A DNA stretch of 64,000 nt from Adineta vaga (GCA_021613535.1 CP075493.1:5766001-5830000), one strand, 5' to 3'; shown: positions 45,545 through 61,000, numbered from the stretch's first letter. Notes: generated by a model from the sequence alone, not told the origin. Numbers and translations: made by a program.

Positions 45545-48500
45545 ATGAATCTCATACATTTTTGTATTGTAATAATTATTGTTAATGAATGTTACACTGG
45601 ACCTATTGAAGATTTATCTGCCATGCCAGATTTAAGTTTAGTAAGTTTTTCAATATTTGACTTAGTTTGTTTGTTTTTTGAAATGAAATACTTTGATTCA
45701 GTTTTATCAACAATTAATTCGTCAACCCGATCTACAAGGATTACTGCAGGATGTCTATCAATCTCAACAACCACTTATAACTGGTGATTTTACAATATTT
45801 GCTCCAAATAATGATGCGATGTCACGTCTTAATCGAAGAAATGAAGATCCGAATTTACTTTGGAAATATCATATTGTACCTGGTCGTTATGATGACCAAG
45901 CACTCTATAATATGGCTCAAGACAAAATCAATCAAGCTAATCCACGACAAATGACAGATGTTCGTCCACAGAATAATTTACTAACACTGGCATCACCTTT
46001 TCAGGTACAATGAAAAAATATGAATTTTTTCATACGAATCTCATGGACTCTTTTCTATAGGTCTTCTATGGCGTTGGATTTTATGGTGGAACGGGTCCAT
46101 ATATAAATGTAAGTTTTGATAATACAGGTTATGGCCAGAATGGAATGTCTTGGTCAGGATCTTCTGCACTCAATATAACAAATACATTTCAAAATTCTGT
46201 TCCACTCAATCCATATCTTGGTATGTCAATCAATATTTCAAGTTGCATTGAACTTTACTCATTATTTTTCTTCTTCTTTCTATTAAGTCAATACAAACAA
46301 TTATAATCCAAATCAACATACTCAATCGTATGTTGTTGCACAAGGTAAGTGTAATTTAATGTTAATCAAAATGTTTTCGTTGGTCAATTTTTAGGCAGTG
46401 CATCATCGGGTAATCCGAATTTATTTCCACAGAATTTAACAAATTATTATACGAATGTATTTAATCCTAATGTTAACACACAATTTCTTCAAAATGCGAA
46501 TCCACCAACGACAAATTTTAATCCTAATTTTCAACAACAACAACAACAATTCAATGGACAAGTGAATTATGCTGGAATTGGAATACCGGTAAGTTATCTT
46601 CATAAATACGAAAGAAATTCAACTAGGATTCGATATTTTATTTAAAACTCTTTCAGCGTCCTACAATAAATAATGCTTTTGTATTACAATCACGAATAAT
46701 GAGTCGTGGTATAATCAATGTTGTCGATAATATTCTATGGCCACCTGAACGACGCGATCAAACACAGTTTAAAACGGCTTATGATGCTCTCGATGATCCA
46801 CAATTTTCGTAAGAATTTTCTTTTTCTTCATATTAAATAAAAATTTATTCCGATAATTCTCTCGAAAGGCGTCTTCGATTATTAGCTGATCGTAGTGAAT
46901 ATTTTCAAGCTGAATTACGTTCAATTAATCATCAAACTTGGTTTTTACCAAATGATCAAGCATTTTCTAGTTTTGGTACTGGTTTAAGTTTTCTATTTGA
47001 AGCACCATCGGCCAATAATATACATGATATAAATGATGTAAAAGATTTCTTTCTTTTTCTTCGATTTAAATTGAGATTTTCTAGTTTGTCAAATCACATA
47101 TCCTTCCAATTGTACTTTATCCAAGTGCAATGGATGCAAGTAAACAAATAAGTACATTGAGTCTTGGTAAATGGGTTACATTTCGAAAAAGTGCACAATC
47201 CGATGCAGCTTTTCAAGGTATGATATCTTTATTCTGTCGATTTCTGCCTAATTATCTAATATTATTTATTACTCAGTTGATGTTGTTTCAAATCGACAAG
47301 TTGCACATATTGTAACATCACGTCCAGAAGATATTAGAATCTATGGTAATGGTGTTGTTTATCCAATTACTACAATTCTAAGTGGTCCAGCTCGATCAGC
47401 TGCCGATGAACTTGCTCGAAGTTATCAGTATGTATATCTTAAATAGAATATTGAAAGAATATAATTAAAACTACTTGCAGATATTTTATGGCTTTGATTC
47501 AACAATCTGGCGATACAGAATTAGTTAATTTATTGCAAGGTAATACAGCTGGTTTGGGTAATACAGGACCAAATATATTCAATCCACAAAATTTATTAAA
47601 TGTTACCGTTCTTATCCCACAACAAATATCTGTTCAACAGTTGGGAAATTCTCAAGATTTGAGTAGAGTAAGTCAAATCGATCATATAGATTTCATCATA
47701 TGCTTCTTTACTTATTTAGAATTTGCGTCGACATATTCTACGATTTCCTGTCTATACAGATCAATTATTAACTATGTCGAATGCATATATTCCGCAACAA
47801 CAACAACAACAACCCTATATTCAACAAGGCTATCAAGTACCCTTATATCAAAGATCGGGTGCAGTTCCAAATAAAAAACTACCACGACGTCGGCGTCGTC
47901 GACGACAATTGAATGTTCCACCTAATATGAACTATCAACAACAACAACAACAGATGTTTCCATCTCAACCTTTATTACCCAATGATCAGCAACAACAGAT
48001 GTTTCCATCTCAACCTTCACTACCCAATGATCAGCAACAACAGATTTTACCAAATCAACAATTACCTATGATGCAACAACAACCGCTAAATCCAACACAA
48101 AATCCAAATTACTATCAAATACCAACATTTCCATCTTCAGGCATTTTTCAAGATGGACAAATATATCCAACTATGGATCCCGAATTTTCCATTCAAGCAC
48201 AAATATCTTCCGGTCCAAACGGAAATGGTATGTAAATATCTAATACATCAAAAAAAAAGGTTCAATCAACAGATATTTCCTGTTAAATATCTTAGATTAA
48301 ACACATCTCTTTGTAATAAATATAGCATGTTATCACGCATACAAAAAAATCTTTCCTGTCATCACATTATTTTCAGTTTATAAAGAAAAATTGATATTTA
48401 TTTCTGTGCTATTTTGTTTTAGTGGTAACATTGATTGGTCGGCCAGCAAATTCATTACCATTTACTGCTACAATACTTAATACTGAATCGAATATACCTA

Positions 48501-50019
48501 TTAAAAATGGTGTCATGCATGTTATTCGAGGCATTCTATCTGGAGCAGTTATTCCATTGGATACAGTTCTTTCGACAATGCAAGGTGCAAGGTAAGATTG
48601 ACTGATTCTTTTGATTTGATTTCCTATTAAATATAAATTTAGTTCATTTTCACAATTAATGCAACAAACAGGTGTTATTGATCAATTGAAACAATCTGGA
48701 CGATCGTATACTCTCTTCATCCCAACGAATATTGCTCTTCAAACGATTGGTGTTACAAATGATATTAATCGAATACGACAAGTATGAAAACTATTGAGTA
48801 TAAAATATTTGAACTATGTTTCATCTTTTTTTTTATTCTATAGTTTGTTCTTCGTCATATATGTTCTGATGTTCTTTTGGATCCAATGGCTAATATCTTA
48901 AGTCGTTCTGGAAGTTATATCAGTCGTAGTCAAATGTCTAAACCTCCACAACAATCACAATTATTTACAGCTATGAAACGAAATCGTCGAAAACGACAAG
49001 ATTGGGCTGATACTTGGAGAAATGGTACAGTTACTGGCGGTGGACAAAATTTTAAAGCACCAGATCTTGGTCCAGGTTATTTTCAACCACAACAACAAGT
49101 TTATGGAGGATATCCAGCTGCACCATCACCTTTTAGTTCATATAATCAATTGTATAATCCAGGTTATGTTATGAATGGTTATGCTAATCCAAATTCTCAA
49201 TATTATCCTGGTTATAATGGAACTTTTGCAGGCATGGATTACTTCAATTATCAAAGTTTGGGTGTACCTAATCAAGGAGCATCTGATGCTGTTTGGAATA
49301 ATACTTATGGTGGTTTCTATAATCCACAAGTCAATGTTGTACCTATTGCTGGATCGGGTGTTGGTAGTCAAAGTTATTACACAGGTGCAGGTGGATTTTA
49401 TAGTGGTGCAAATAATGTTCCTGGACCACAGTCATGTACAGCGATGACAGGTGATCGTATTACAATTCAGCCATTACCTGGCCCACAAACAGGAGGTATG
49501 TCGGATGTACAACAGTAAAAAGATTGATAGCAGATATAAATATATAGCAGGAAAAGGTTCAATAAATAAAACAGGTCTATTCTTCATGTTTAAAGACTAT
49601 TATCTCACCAGCTTCATTGAACATTTGCACTATTCAGAGATTATTTTTCACTTTTTATTCTGTAGTTTTTTTTCTAACTTTAATCATCGAACACTAATTT
49701 CTATACATTTCTCTAGGTGTCAATACAGTGTCGTCCTATCAAAGTAAATAAAATGCATTTCGTCTTGCATCCTATAATATGAATAAACATATGTGTTCTA
49801 GATTTCGTGGTGACTTGCTGCGGTGATCAATCTGTTAATGGTGTGATTCAATCATTTAATGTCTATCCTCCAAGTTATGCAGTCTATATAATTGGACGAT
49901 CATTATTAGGTTATGGTCAATCAGTTGGCAATATATATAATCATGCGTTCATTTTATATCCTTCTCAACTTATGCTCTTGATCTTAACTATTTCATTAAT
50001 CTTTATAAAACATCTTTAA
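45545..50019 (+). CDS. Secreted/surface fasciclin (FAS1)-repeat protein, many exons
   Basis: Signal peptide; FAS1 H1/H2 motifs FTIFAPNNDA..YHIV, GIINVVDNIL, TWFLPNDQAF, NGVMHVIRGIL, YTLFIPTNIA. Q/N/G/Y-rich inserts and a hydrophobic C-terminus. Some exon boundaries are approximate. Confidence 0.8.
47948..48045 (+). repeat. 45-bp coding tandem repeat (QQMFPSQPxLPNDQQ x ~2)
   Basis: caacagatgtttccatctcaacctt..c/tacccaatgatcagcaa is repeated directly within a fasciclin-gene exon. Confidence 0.8.
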
Positions 50020-50162
50020 TCATTTGTGTGCTGTGTTCATATGTACAGATATTCCTTTCCTTCTTCTTTCTTTTTTAAATATACATTTTATTATTTTAAA
50101 CCAATCAAAAAGAAAACATAATATTACATAAACACATACACAAAAGAAATGACTCTGTTTTA

Positions 50163-52920
50163 TTAAACAATCAATGAAGTTATAGAAAGATTCGAATTAC
50201 TGGAATAAGAATAAGAAAGTGTTGATACATCACGTCGATCTGTAAATGGACGTTCTTGAATAAATAAATCATCACGTTTGGAATTACTTTTCATATATAA
50301 TTTGTTCTCATTACAATTAATTAACATACAATAGAATGCTGAAGCCAAATCCGATTGAACTGATAAATGGCCATGATCAGCAAGATTTTCACATAGAATA
50401 GAAAATTCTACTGCTATTTGAGTATTGTTAAGACATGATGATTGCTGACTAGAAGTACTTGTATCAAGTGATAATGTACGTTGGTGTTCAACTTTTTGGC
50501 GTGTAAATTCTTCTATCATTTGACGTTTTAAATTTTTAGCATTAACCGATGTTGAACCTTTCGCAAATTCAATTTTTTCATAATGAACAGGACGAACAAA
50601 ATCATAGTTCATTGCTGCTAATGGAGTATCTAAAATGAAAGTATTAATGTAGATTTCATGAGAATGAATTTGATTACATACCGTCATCTTCATCATGATG
50701 TTCGATTGTTATATGAAAATCTTGATCATCACCATCATCGTGATGATATTGTTGTTGAAAACCATTTTGAGATTGTTCTCGACGTCGATTGATCGAATGT
50801 AATTGTTCACAATTTAACTGTGGAAAATTATGTAAATTAGTTAGATCAGTCAAAGGACGTAATTTTCTAGCTAATTGCATTTGATTCAGACTTTTTTCTC
50901 GTATTCGTAAAATGAGTGCACTCTGAGATATACTAATAGCTTTTTTATCTCGTCCATTGGTTGTACCCAACATAATATGTTCGAGAGACATTGGATTAAA
51001 TATATCCACACGAATACTTCGTTTTGGACCGATCAAACCAACATGTCCTCCTTCACCATTAATTTTGTGGCGAGAAGCTGGTGCTTGTTGTTGTTGAATA
51101 GTTGAAGCATTTATTGTTGCTGATTTTGTAGTTGTATCAAGTAAATTTTTATATTTCCATATATTCGGTCCAGCAAAAAGTTTCAATTTAGCTATATCAA
51201 AATATGAATATTCCGATTGAACTTCTTTTGCATGAAGTAAATTTGGCATTTGATCAACAAATGAGATTGTACTCATGAATGAAGCAGATAGGATTTCATC
51301 AGCAGCTGGAAGATTCAACTAAAATAAAGTAAAGCATTTTGAATATAGATTAATCAAAATGTTTCTCATTTGAAAGATGAACAATTGAAAAGACTTACTT
51401 CAGCAGATTGTTGTGATTGATAATTTCCGAGATGCGACATCATACTTGATGGATCTGGATTACTTAGTTCATTCAGAGCATTTTTAAATACTTCATTTGA
51501 ATGTGATGGATCATCATTAAGATCTTCTATAGCTGCATGAACTAATTCATCATGATTATAACCATCATCATTATCTATTTCATCATGATTTGAATATGAT
51601 TTATCATTACTCTCATCAAGTTGTGCAAGACAACTTTCATGAATTGTATCAATAAATGAACCGCTAGGAGTTTCATTAAAGGTAAAATCACGTAATGATT
51701 GACAACCTAGAAAACAAGTTAACAATGAATCATTGAAATATAATAGAGGAAGATATTTACCAAGTATATGATCGGGTATTTCATTTGTTTTCATAACATC
51801 CCGTAATGATGTTAAATCAATCATTTTCGTTACTGTATGATCTAGAATAGTATTAATTTTGGTTTGTTGTTCTTCTGGTCGATTATTTACATTAGTAAAA
51901 CCATCAACAAGTGGATAATCACTTGATGAATACATTGTACTTGAAACCATTTCAGCATAGATAGAGTCTTTACCGATTCCACCACGCCATTGACACATAT
52001 TTGGTGGTTGTAATGGACGAAATTCAAATTCATGTTCAAGAGTTATTTTCGATAAATCAGATGCAATAAATGATGTTGCTTTTGTTTTAACACGTCGTGA
52101 TGGTTTTTTCGATTCAATTTGTTCTGAATCGATATTTTCATTATCACCTTCAATTCGATTTTCTTCTATAATCGCTGCTTGATCTGCAGAGTTTTCTTCT
52201 TCAGTATTTAAAATATTTCCACTTAATTTCTGTGTTTCAGTATGTAAAGCATCAACTCGAAAACCATAGATTTTAGCACTAAAAAAAATAAAAAATAATT
52301 ATTCCTTTGACTGGAAAGTCTTATATCAGTTTAGAACTATATTAGATTAAACTTTATCTTGGAATTCAAAATGTAGGAAACCAATGAATTTTAGATAAAC
52401 TGAAACAATACTATTTTCAGTCAGATTGAACGTGAAAGAAATCAAGTATCGAACGCTAACCTTGTATCAATAACTGAACCAGCTTTAACAAAATTTGGTC
52501 CAAGATGATGATTCTCTTTATCATCAAGTGCAATAGCATTCAAAATTTGTGGTAAACGTTCAACGAGTGGAATACTAAAGGCATTTTTAATATTAATTTT
52601 GCCTTGTGCAGCTAATTCAATGGTCTTTTGATATAAATCAACTAGTTGCGTCGGCGTTTGAGCTGGTTCATCATTGACAGCTTCAATATTGATTGAATTA
52701 TTAAATAAACGTGATTGTCGTCGGCCGGCAAAACTTTCATTCAGTGAATTTTCTTTGTCATTTATATCTTCATCAAATGTTAGAAGTTTCGTTGTTCGAC
52801 GTCGAGCAGCAAGCGATCTAAATTGAAAAAGAAAAGAAAAAAAAGGATATTGAATGTTTAACTAAGAATATTTATCTACCGTCGTGGAGTTGGTTCAGCC
52901 ATTCGCATTGTTAATGCCAT
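50163..52920 (-). CDS. NCAPH: Condensin I kleisin subunit (CAP-H/barren), multi-exon
   Basis: IELAAQGKINIKNAF, NFVKAGSVIDTSAKIYGFRVDALH, EYSYFD..FAGPNIWK, IEFAK..VNAKNLK, SAFYCMLINCNENKL. Confidence 0.88.
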
Positions 52921-55229
52921 TTTTATTTATTCACTTGAAATGATAACATAAATTTTTCTACTATTTATATTCAAGTAATTGAATCGAGAGGTCTTTGTTC
53001 TTTAATCCGCCTTATTGTTCAAATAACCAATTCTATACTAAGCGCTACTATCAATTTATCAGAAAGTGATAAATCAAGTGCATGATTATAGTGCTCGCTA
53101 GAAAAACGAAGGACAAATTTTACTCGAATGATTTTTTCCAAGACAAATAGTAAATTGAGACTATTGAGACGAGATAACTAAATTCTGATAACCATGTCAT
53201 CAAAGTGATAGTTACAATCAATAATAAAAACTATTGATATAGTAGAAAAAGTTATTTTAGTAAAAGAAAAATAAGAATACCTATAAGCATTCAGTGGAAA
53301 GATCACAACAGATGAAAAGTGTTTTTTTAGATATACTTTTTAAACATATTTGTGACAAACATCGAACTTCTATAATCACTATATACTATAATCCTTCCAT
53401 TATTGCATGATCAGGTTTTCCTATGCGTATGATATATATTGATTTCTATCTTTTAGCGACTGTACAGTATTTAATATTCCTTCTCCGTTTTTTTCAATTG
53501 ATTTTTCGCGAATAATTGTTTAGTAACACATTCTTTAAATATTATGTCTTCTCACCATAGGCATAGTATCGAAAGAGACTGATTTCAAAATTGTGTGCGT
53601 AGGATCAATCACAAAAATGTCTATAGTATTCATAGAAATAAAGACATCATGCAAATATCTATCTTTCTTTTCTGTTGTATACTCATTTTTCGTTTTTTTA
53701 TCATAGATTATATCTTATGTCTGCACGTTTTTCCTTCATATATTTATATATTTTAGTCCATGGAAACAGTCGATATTTACTGCAACATCATTAATAAGTA
53801 CAAATATATCTCAATTACTTTTGTGATGAAAGATTATTATTATATATGGTTATCATTTGTAACTATAATCAATGAACAGGTTGAGCGAAATAGTATTATA
53901 TCAGAATACTCTTCATCGAAAAACATCATTTCTCAAAAAAAAAGACCACGTTTAATCAGATCTTTAAAAAAAACTACATAATAGATAACGACATTGCAGT
54001 CGTTAATGAAAGTTTTATAATAATACCAAGTATGTAGAACTATATACATTGACCATCTTCATCTGCTTAATTGTTGACGATCCTAACTAAATACCTATCC
54101 AACTGTTTTTTACACGAATTGAACAATTATTCGACGTTGTAACAAATTCCAGTATTTTAAATCAAGCAACCTTCTATCACTATATAAATTAACGATGTGT
54201 CAAAAATACCCTAATGCGACTTATATTTGTGCCCATATCGGCTATCGTATAATATATTATTTATTCGCTTACTACTTTTTCTGACCTACCATCCAACTAA
54301 GAATTCTCTATTTCTTATCGTGAAAATTTGATCAGATATTTTTTCTCAAACATTATTTCACTTAAAACATTAAACTCGAATTTTCATAATGGAATCCTGC
54401 TCTTTAAAATCTAGTGATATATCAAATAAAATCAGGAAGAAAGTCGTCGATATAGCAGTTGAAGAATTCTTTATTTTTTAATTTAATGTTACATCAACAC
54501 AACGGTTGCCAGGACTATGACTGAAATATAAAGCTGATAATCTTACTTGTTCCCTTATTTAACTATTATAAATTGTTACACTTGTTGAAAAAGTTTTCGT
54601 ATCTGGATCCAGCTGAATAATCTGTCCGACATATCACAATTACATCCTCTTATGAAACGTATTGCACGACCGAGAGTGGTAATATTGGTAAAAAAAGAGA
54701 TTTGCTAGAGATACTGAAATTTATATAAGTGTATTTAGGATGCGATACAATTCTCGCGCTGTTAAACAATGTTACCAACGAGACACAGAAGTAACTGATA
54801 TGCAAGTTGAGTTCATGTTGTACTCTTAACCAATACGAAGCGATTAAAAACATGCTTGTTTCAGATTTTTGGTACGGCTGTAATAATCCTGTTTTCTAAA
54901 TTATTTCTTTATTGTTGTTGATAATATTTATTCATCCAAAAAACAACTTGTTTGAATGTAAAGGATTTTACTCTATCACGAATCGAACTATTCAACTGGC
55001 ATGATAGCGCTTTTGTCGCTATATTTTGTAGACGAATGGATAGCCATTTTATGTAAACAACTTTAGACTGGTGTGATATCATTTTAAAAATTGCCAATGT
55101 CATACTTGAATGATATGTTTCAGAAGATAATGATAATCACTCGTTCAATGACAGAAGTGGTCGTGATCCAAAAAAAGCAGACAACGTGTATTTTCGAAGT
55201 AAAATAAAGTGTTACTTTTAAAAAATACC

Positions 55230-56200
55230 AGTACTTCGTAATCATCTATATTCTGGTACAGAATGAAGAGAAGCTTGGGCCTAAAATACTCCTACAACCA
55301 AAGTCATCGAATTATCAAAAAACCTAAGCGCTGCGCTAATTCAAACGCTAAAAGAACAAATATACAATCACAACCAAACAATTGATATGATGAAGAAAAG
55401 ATAGACCAAAACAAAACGAAGGATATAAGTCATGAAAAGAAATGTTACTGACGAGTCTAATTGTACAGTACGATACAACAAAAAAAAAGAAGGAAACCGC
55501 ACGAATAGCAAATTCCGTTAGGTATCATGATGATGCAAGTGATTCTTGATTCTATACTCAAAATTAATCCGCTAGATTCCTGCCAACTTCCTGACCCTTC
55601 CGGCCGGAATACTGCTTCTATTAAATTATCGGAATTGTTCGAAACACGTCGGCTCCGGGGCGTATGAATCGACCTGGGTTCTTAATGGTCATAATAACTA
55701 ATAAAAATTATTTCAAGCGGTGGTTTCTCCTGTCAATGTCAGTTTCAAACCGACATTATCGATGAATTGACCTAGATGTGTGGTGAATAATTACGTGCCA
55801 TCATCTATTCTGTGTGAATATTAAATAAATTAAATATTTTAAACTTTATTCTTTATTCATTCATTTACATAAAGGTATTCTAAGCGATGGTCGTTCCTCC
55901 ACAAAACAAGTCTTACAGATCAACTTTTACTTGAAGTCAATTTTACCAGTATGGATCAAAAAACTTGGATAACATAGCTTGCAGCACAACATATGAAAAA
56001 TGATCATAATGGCTACCAAAAAGTCCAGATTTGAACCCATATGAAAAATCGAAGGATGATTAACTTAGAACAATTATGGAAGTTTTTAAGCACCGCCAAA
56101 AAAGATGCATTCTATAATATAATCATGGATGCTGATAACAATATTATGTATGAACATCTATTTTTTCACAGTACGAAAAAGAATTAAATATAATACTTTT
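55230..56200 (+). mobile_element. Degenerate Tc1/mariner-superfamily transposase relic
   Basis: Collinear broken motifs: LGLK.Y (~55275), TDES (55447-55458), VW*IIT (~55778), FYLKSILP (~55925), DN (55968) and WLPKSPDLNPYE (56010-56045). Many stops and frameshifts; boundaries approximate; no TIRs found. Confidence 0.7.
55570..55679. repeat. GC-rich fragment resembling the end of a dispersed MITE-like bdelloid repeat
   Basis: Local GC island ccggccggaatactgcttc...ccggggcgtatgaatcgacctggg interrupting the Tc1 relic. Similarity to a dispersed repeat is from recall only. Confidence 0.45.
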
Positions 56201-56469
56201 TAACTTGTATGCACATCATAGACATTAAAAGTCGTAGTATTTTATGTTAGTTTATTCAATAACATCATAATTGATTAATCGTTTCTTGTTTGCTACAAAC
56301 ATTAATCAGACTTTTTCTGTGTGGAAGAAAAGAGAAGATCTTTTTGAGAGATGTATATAACCTTTAGAACTCTCTTCAAGTAAGTGTAGTGATTTTTTTT
56401 CTTCGATAGTATTTATTAAACAATCATTTCAAAATAACAAAAGAAATAATAAACGTGATTATTTTGTTT

Positions 56470-57084
56470 TTAATCCATCGTATTATTAAATGGCCATTGA
56501 TCAATCCATTTTAATATAAATTCCAGATTATTTTTTAAATCATCTTCCGTTACATTATTGAGTTCATGAACAATCGCTTCATCAAATGCTTCACGTGCTT
56601 CAGTTAAACATAAATGGAAAGCTTCTGATTGAATAATTTGTTCAAGTTTATCTTTGGAGTAGTTTCGAGAATTTAAGCGATCCATTAATTTATCACACGT
56701 ACAACGTAAAACAAATATTGCATGTATTTGATTATTATCGGATATTATTCCAGCACTGTGATAATCAATAATAAGACCAGATGATAATGATTTTTGAACG
56801 TATTCATGATCGAAATAATCATTGATAGCATCGTCGTTGAGAATATCACATTGATTTTCTTCATCGTATTCCAATAAAAATTTATGTTGTTTTGCTAAAT
56901 CATTGATATTGATATGTTTCAAAACTGAATTCAATGAACATAATTGTTGACAAAAACGAGATTTTCCCACGCCTGAATCATAGATATTTACATGATACAA
57001 AAAAAGAATTCAACTAAATGTGTAACTATATTTACCTGAAGTTCCACAAATGATAATGTTAGGAAACTGTTTTCTAGATGTCAT
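56470..57084 (-). CDS. AK6: Adenylate kinase 6 (hCINAP/Fap7), 2 exons
   Basis: PNIIICGTSGVGKS P-loop across intron 56973-57035; YDEENQCDIL, IIDYH, FVLR..L..RNYS..KL. Confidence 0.9.
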
Positions 57085-58011
57085 TTTTTAGTCTAATTTT
57101 GAAAAGAATACTCAAAAAAATCTTTATAATAGAGTAAATTAACCAATTATGATAAAGATGATGAAGATGGCGCTTGAGACTGACTCACCATTTCTTAAAT
57201 TGTATTACAGACTATCCCATAGCAAATTGACATGTAGTTAACAAAATCAGAGATATACTTTTCTTCAAGCACTCTATTTCATGTATTAACAAATTTCGAT
57301 AATAAGAAGCTATATAAATGTATTGTTTACTTTGTCTGATTATATGAATAGTAATAATAATGATACTAGAGGACTGATGTTCAGAACTGTGAGATAAAAG
57401 ATCGAATTTAACATTCGAAGAAAGAAACAATACAGAAATTTCAAGGCGATTTTTATTGCTGCATTGTGATTTTATCTGAAGTTCATTACTTCAGTTTGTT
57501 TTGATTTCAATTATATATTGACATTTTTAAGCGATTAACAGTTACGATACAATGGATAGGAAAAAAAGCTACTATAACAATCAACGAAGAAAAGTGCACT
57601 CATTTAGATGATTTAATTTCTTTTTCATTTCGTTTAAGGATTATTTATATACTTCTAAGGAGAATATTTTGTCTAGACGATGGATATTTATTGAGTTTCA
57701 ACTTTCAAACTATACTTTTTCGATAAGTATAATTCTTCGTTTAAACTCAAAAAGGTTTCAGATACAAAGGATAAATAGATTTGCCATTCATTTACTTTTA
57801 AAATGAAAATCAAACAAAAAAAAGAAGGAGAATCAAGTAGTATTGCTCTTTCTCACCTTTCTTTAATGTGTCCTTCGTTGTAAAAAGGCAATACAAACGT
57901 TCAAGAAAAGAGAATAATAGATGGTAGCATTCTTCATTACGTCTCTATTTATTATTGAAAATATAAAAAATCAATACATTCAACAGATTAGTCTCTACTC
58001 GAAACACTTCT

Positions 58012-61000
58012 ATGCCATCATCATTGTCTTTTCTACTATATAACAGTTCAGATTTATTGTTCAAAGCTCCTACAAGAAATATTATCAACAACAATCGTAA
58101 CATCAATCAATACAGATATACTGATAGTATTCTAGAACATCCTTCACAAAATGATAATAATAGTATTGTTTCAAGTACTAACAATATAACTCATGAAAGA
58201 GAAAGTTATAGAGATAGATTAAATACATTAGAGAATATTTGGAGAAGACCGAGTTTACGAAATGAAATTAAATCGACTAAAATCGAACCGCTAAAAATAG
58301 AACAGAATGAAAATTCATTATTGAATCCGAATCAAAACGGTGAAATTGTAAGTAAAACGTTTTAAAATATCGAATGCTAATTGATCTTTCTCTTTCTAAT
58401 AGTTTCCATCTCGTTGGAGCAATTCAATGAATATGTTTGATAACAAATCGCAATCTCGTAGTACTTCACCTGACAATTTCAATCCGATAGCATCATCATC
58501 ACCAACTCGAAGTAGAGCTAATATTACTCTATCACCCATAGGAAAAGCAATTCTTCCTTCAAATAAATTTCAAACTGCGGAAACTCGTCGAACGAATGTA
58601 AAACTTCCAGTACGATCAAATTCATTACCTCAATCAAAGACATCTGATTCAAATCGAACAACAGAAGAAAAGTTCGATTGTCCAAATCTACTTCAAACCT
58701 TCATGACAAATGATCGATGTTCTCAACCGTCACCTATCAGTCATTCAAGGATGCTTTCATCATCCGTAAATAATCATCAGCAACTGTCAAGTAGTGATGA
58801 TGATAATGAAGATGATGTAGAAACAAATCAGCTGAAAGAGGATGATTTAAAACGAAAATTAAAAGAAGAAAAACGGCAGAGTAAAAGAACATCAGAAATT
58901 TTAAATAAACTACATGAAAACTATGAAGAATTATTGGAAAAATATGCACAAGCTGAAAATACAATTGATCAATTACGTTTTCAATCGAATAGCAATAAAC
59001 CTCCTTCAAGATCTAGTGGAATCTGCCATTCAATAATTGATTCACCATTTCCATCTATGCGACCAGTATCACCACTAACAAAATCAGCTGTAAAAAGTAA
59101 GTAATTGTAGATCATAGTCATTTTTAGTTACATTGACTTCGTCTTCTTTGTCCCCAGTAATACACGTCATGATTTTTCGAAACCTACTCAATTATATATT
59201 TACGTGCACTACATTATTATAAAAAAACTGCAATCATATAAGACAAATATCACAATGTAATAACCATCCATTTAAATCGGTTCAAAAATATCTTCATCAT
59301 TCGATGATGTAAGCATACAATAGAACACTTTATACATCTCCTTCCCCTTTGTTCAAGACTGAAGTACATGTTCTATTTGTTCAATTTCTTCCTCTTCTTC
59401 TTACTTTTATATAATGCTTTTTCTTTTGTTATTTTTAGGTATGTCATCCGCCAATTCATGTACGATTGATTCGGTTTTCTATGATGAAAATGTCTCACAA
59501 AAAAATTGTACACAAAATTTAGCAATACCAGAAACAGTAAAACTTGATTTACTTATTCAATCGAAAACTTTAGGAGATAATGTAAGTTTTGCTGGAAATA
59601 AATTTATGTTGAAAACAAGTTTTTATCTTTATTCAAATAGATGAAATCATTCCTTACATTAATGGATGCAAATCAAGTTAATGAAGCAGAACAAAAACAA
59701 GTTTATGAAAATATCAAACAAGATTATGAAAAATTAATTCAAACATTAGAACGAAAAAAACAAAATAGTAATTTAAATGATGTTGATCCGGATGGGTAAT
59801 TATTTATAAATTTGACTTTTTTAAAACTATTTTTCTAAAGACGATTTTGTTCTCCGTAGAGATTTAAATAAAGAATTAGAATTAATGAAACAATTATTAA
59901 AAGAAATTGCAACGAGAATAACAGGAAATTTATTTGGTAAATCAAATAATAATTCACCAATTGATCGAAATACTCATCCAACATATGATGATAGTCATTC
60001 CGTAAGTTTCATGTTTATTCATATATATATATATATACATGTAGACATGAATTATATAATAGAGTCAATATGATCGATCTTCACTATGTAATCATGATGA
60101 TCTTATGGATCAATATAAGAAACTATTGACGGCTGTCAATACGGAAAATACAGATAAAACAGATCGATTGAAATCGATGATGAATGAATTAGAAACAGAT
60201 TTTAAAAAATCGAAAACTACGTATGATGTCTCAATCTTAACTTTCTATTGATATTGATTATCTATTTGCTTATTTTAGTTCTCCTCATATACTTCCATCA
60301 GATTTATTCAATGATCAAATAGTAACAGACAATAAACAAAAACCATATGTTTATACATCTGCGGTATATTTGTTTCAAACTTATTTGAACAACTATGTTA
60401 TAAATACTATTTTGAATATTCAAGGGTTCTGATGATGAACATCCACAAAGCGCAAATATATCACCTATACCATTCACAAAAGGTGTTGAATCAACTTCAT
60501 CAGAACTCAATTACATACCATCGAGTTCCGTTCAAAAACATCAACACACAATTCAAGAAGAACCTCACAAATCTAATATGACAACAGTTGTAGCAAAAAA
60601 GACACGTATTCTAAACAAACAAGAATATCATAGACTTGGAGATATTTTACGACCGAAAGAGAAAGTAAATAATCTACACTAAAATAAAATATCAATGATT
60701 GACATGATTTTGAATAGGAAAATATTGATAATATTGAAGATATCAAAGAATCATCGTCATTGTTAATCACTGATAGAACACGAAATTCAAATAGTTCAAG
60801 TAAAACACGTGCTCATGATTGCGATAGTGGAATTGGAACCAATACAGTAACAAAATTCACTTTGGACAGGTAAATCATTTGATAAAATAAAAAACAATTT
60901 ACTGAATGATTTCTGTTTTCTTAGTAAACATTCTACTAGTCCAATGGATGAAAGTCAATTACAATCATTAGATGAAGGACAAGGTTTATCAAATCTATCG

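Noticed and set aside
54000-55200. Possible Penelope-like or hAT relic on the minus strand (NGYP, DMGTN words)
   Set aside because: Isolated 4-5 residue matches with no collinear support; needs a TBLASTN search.
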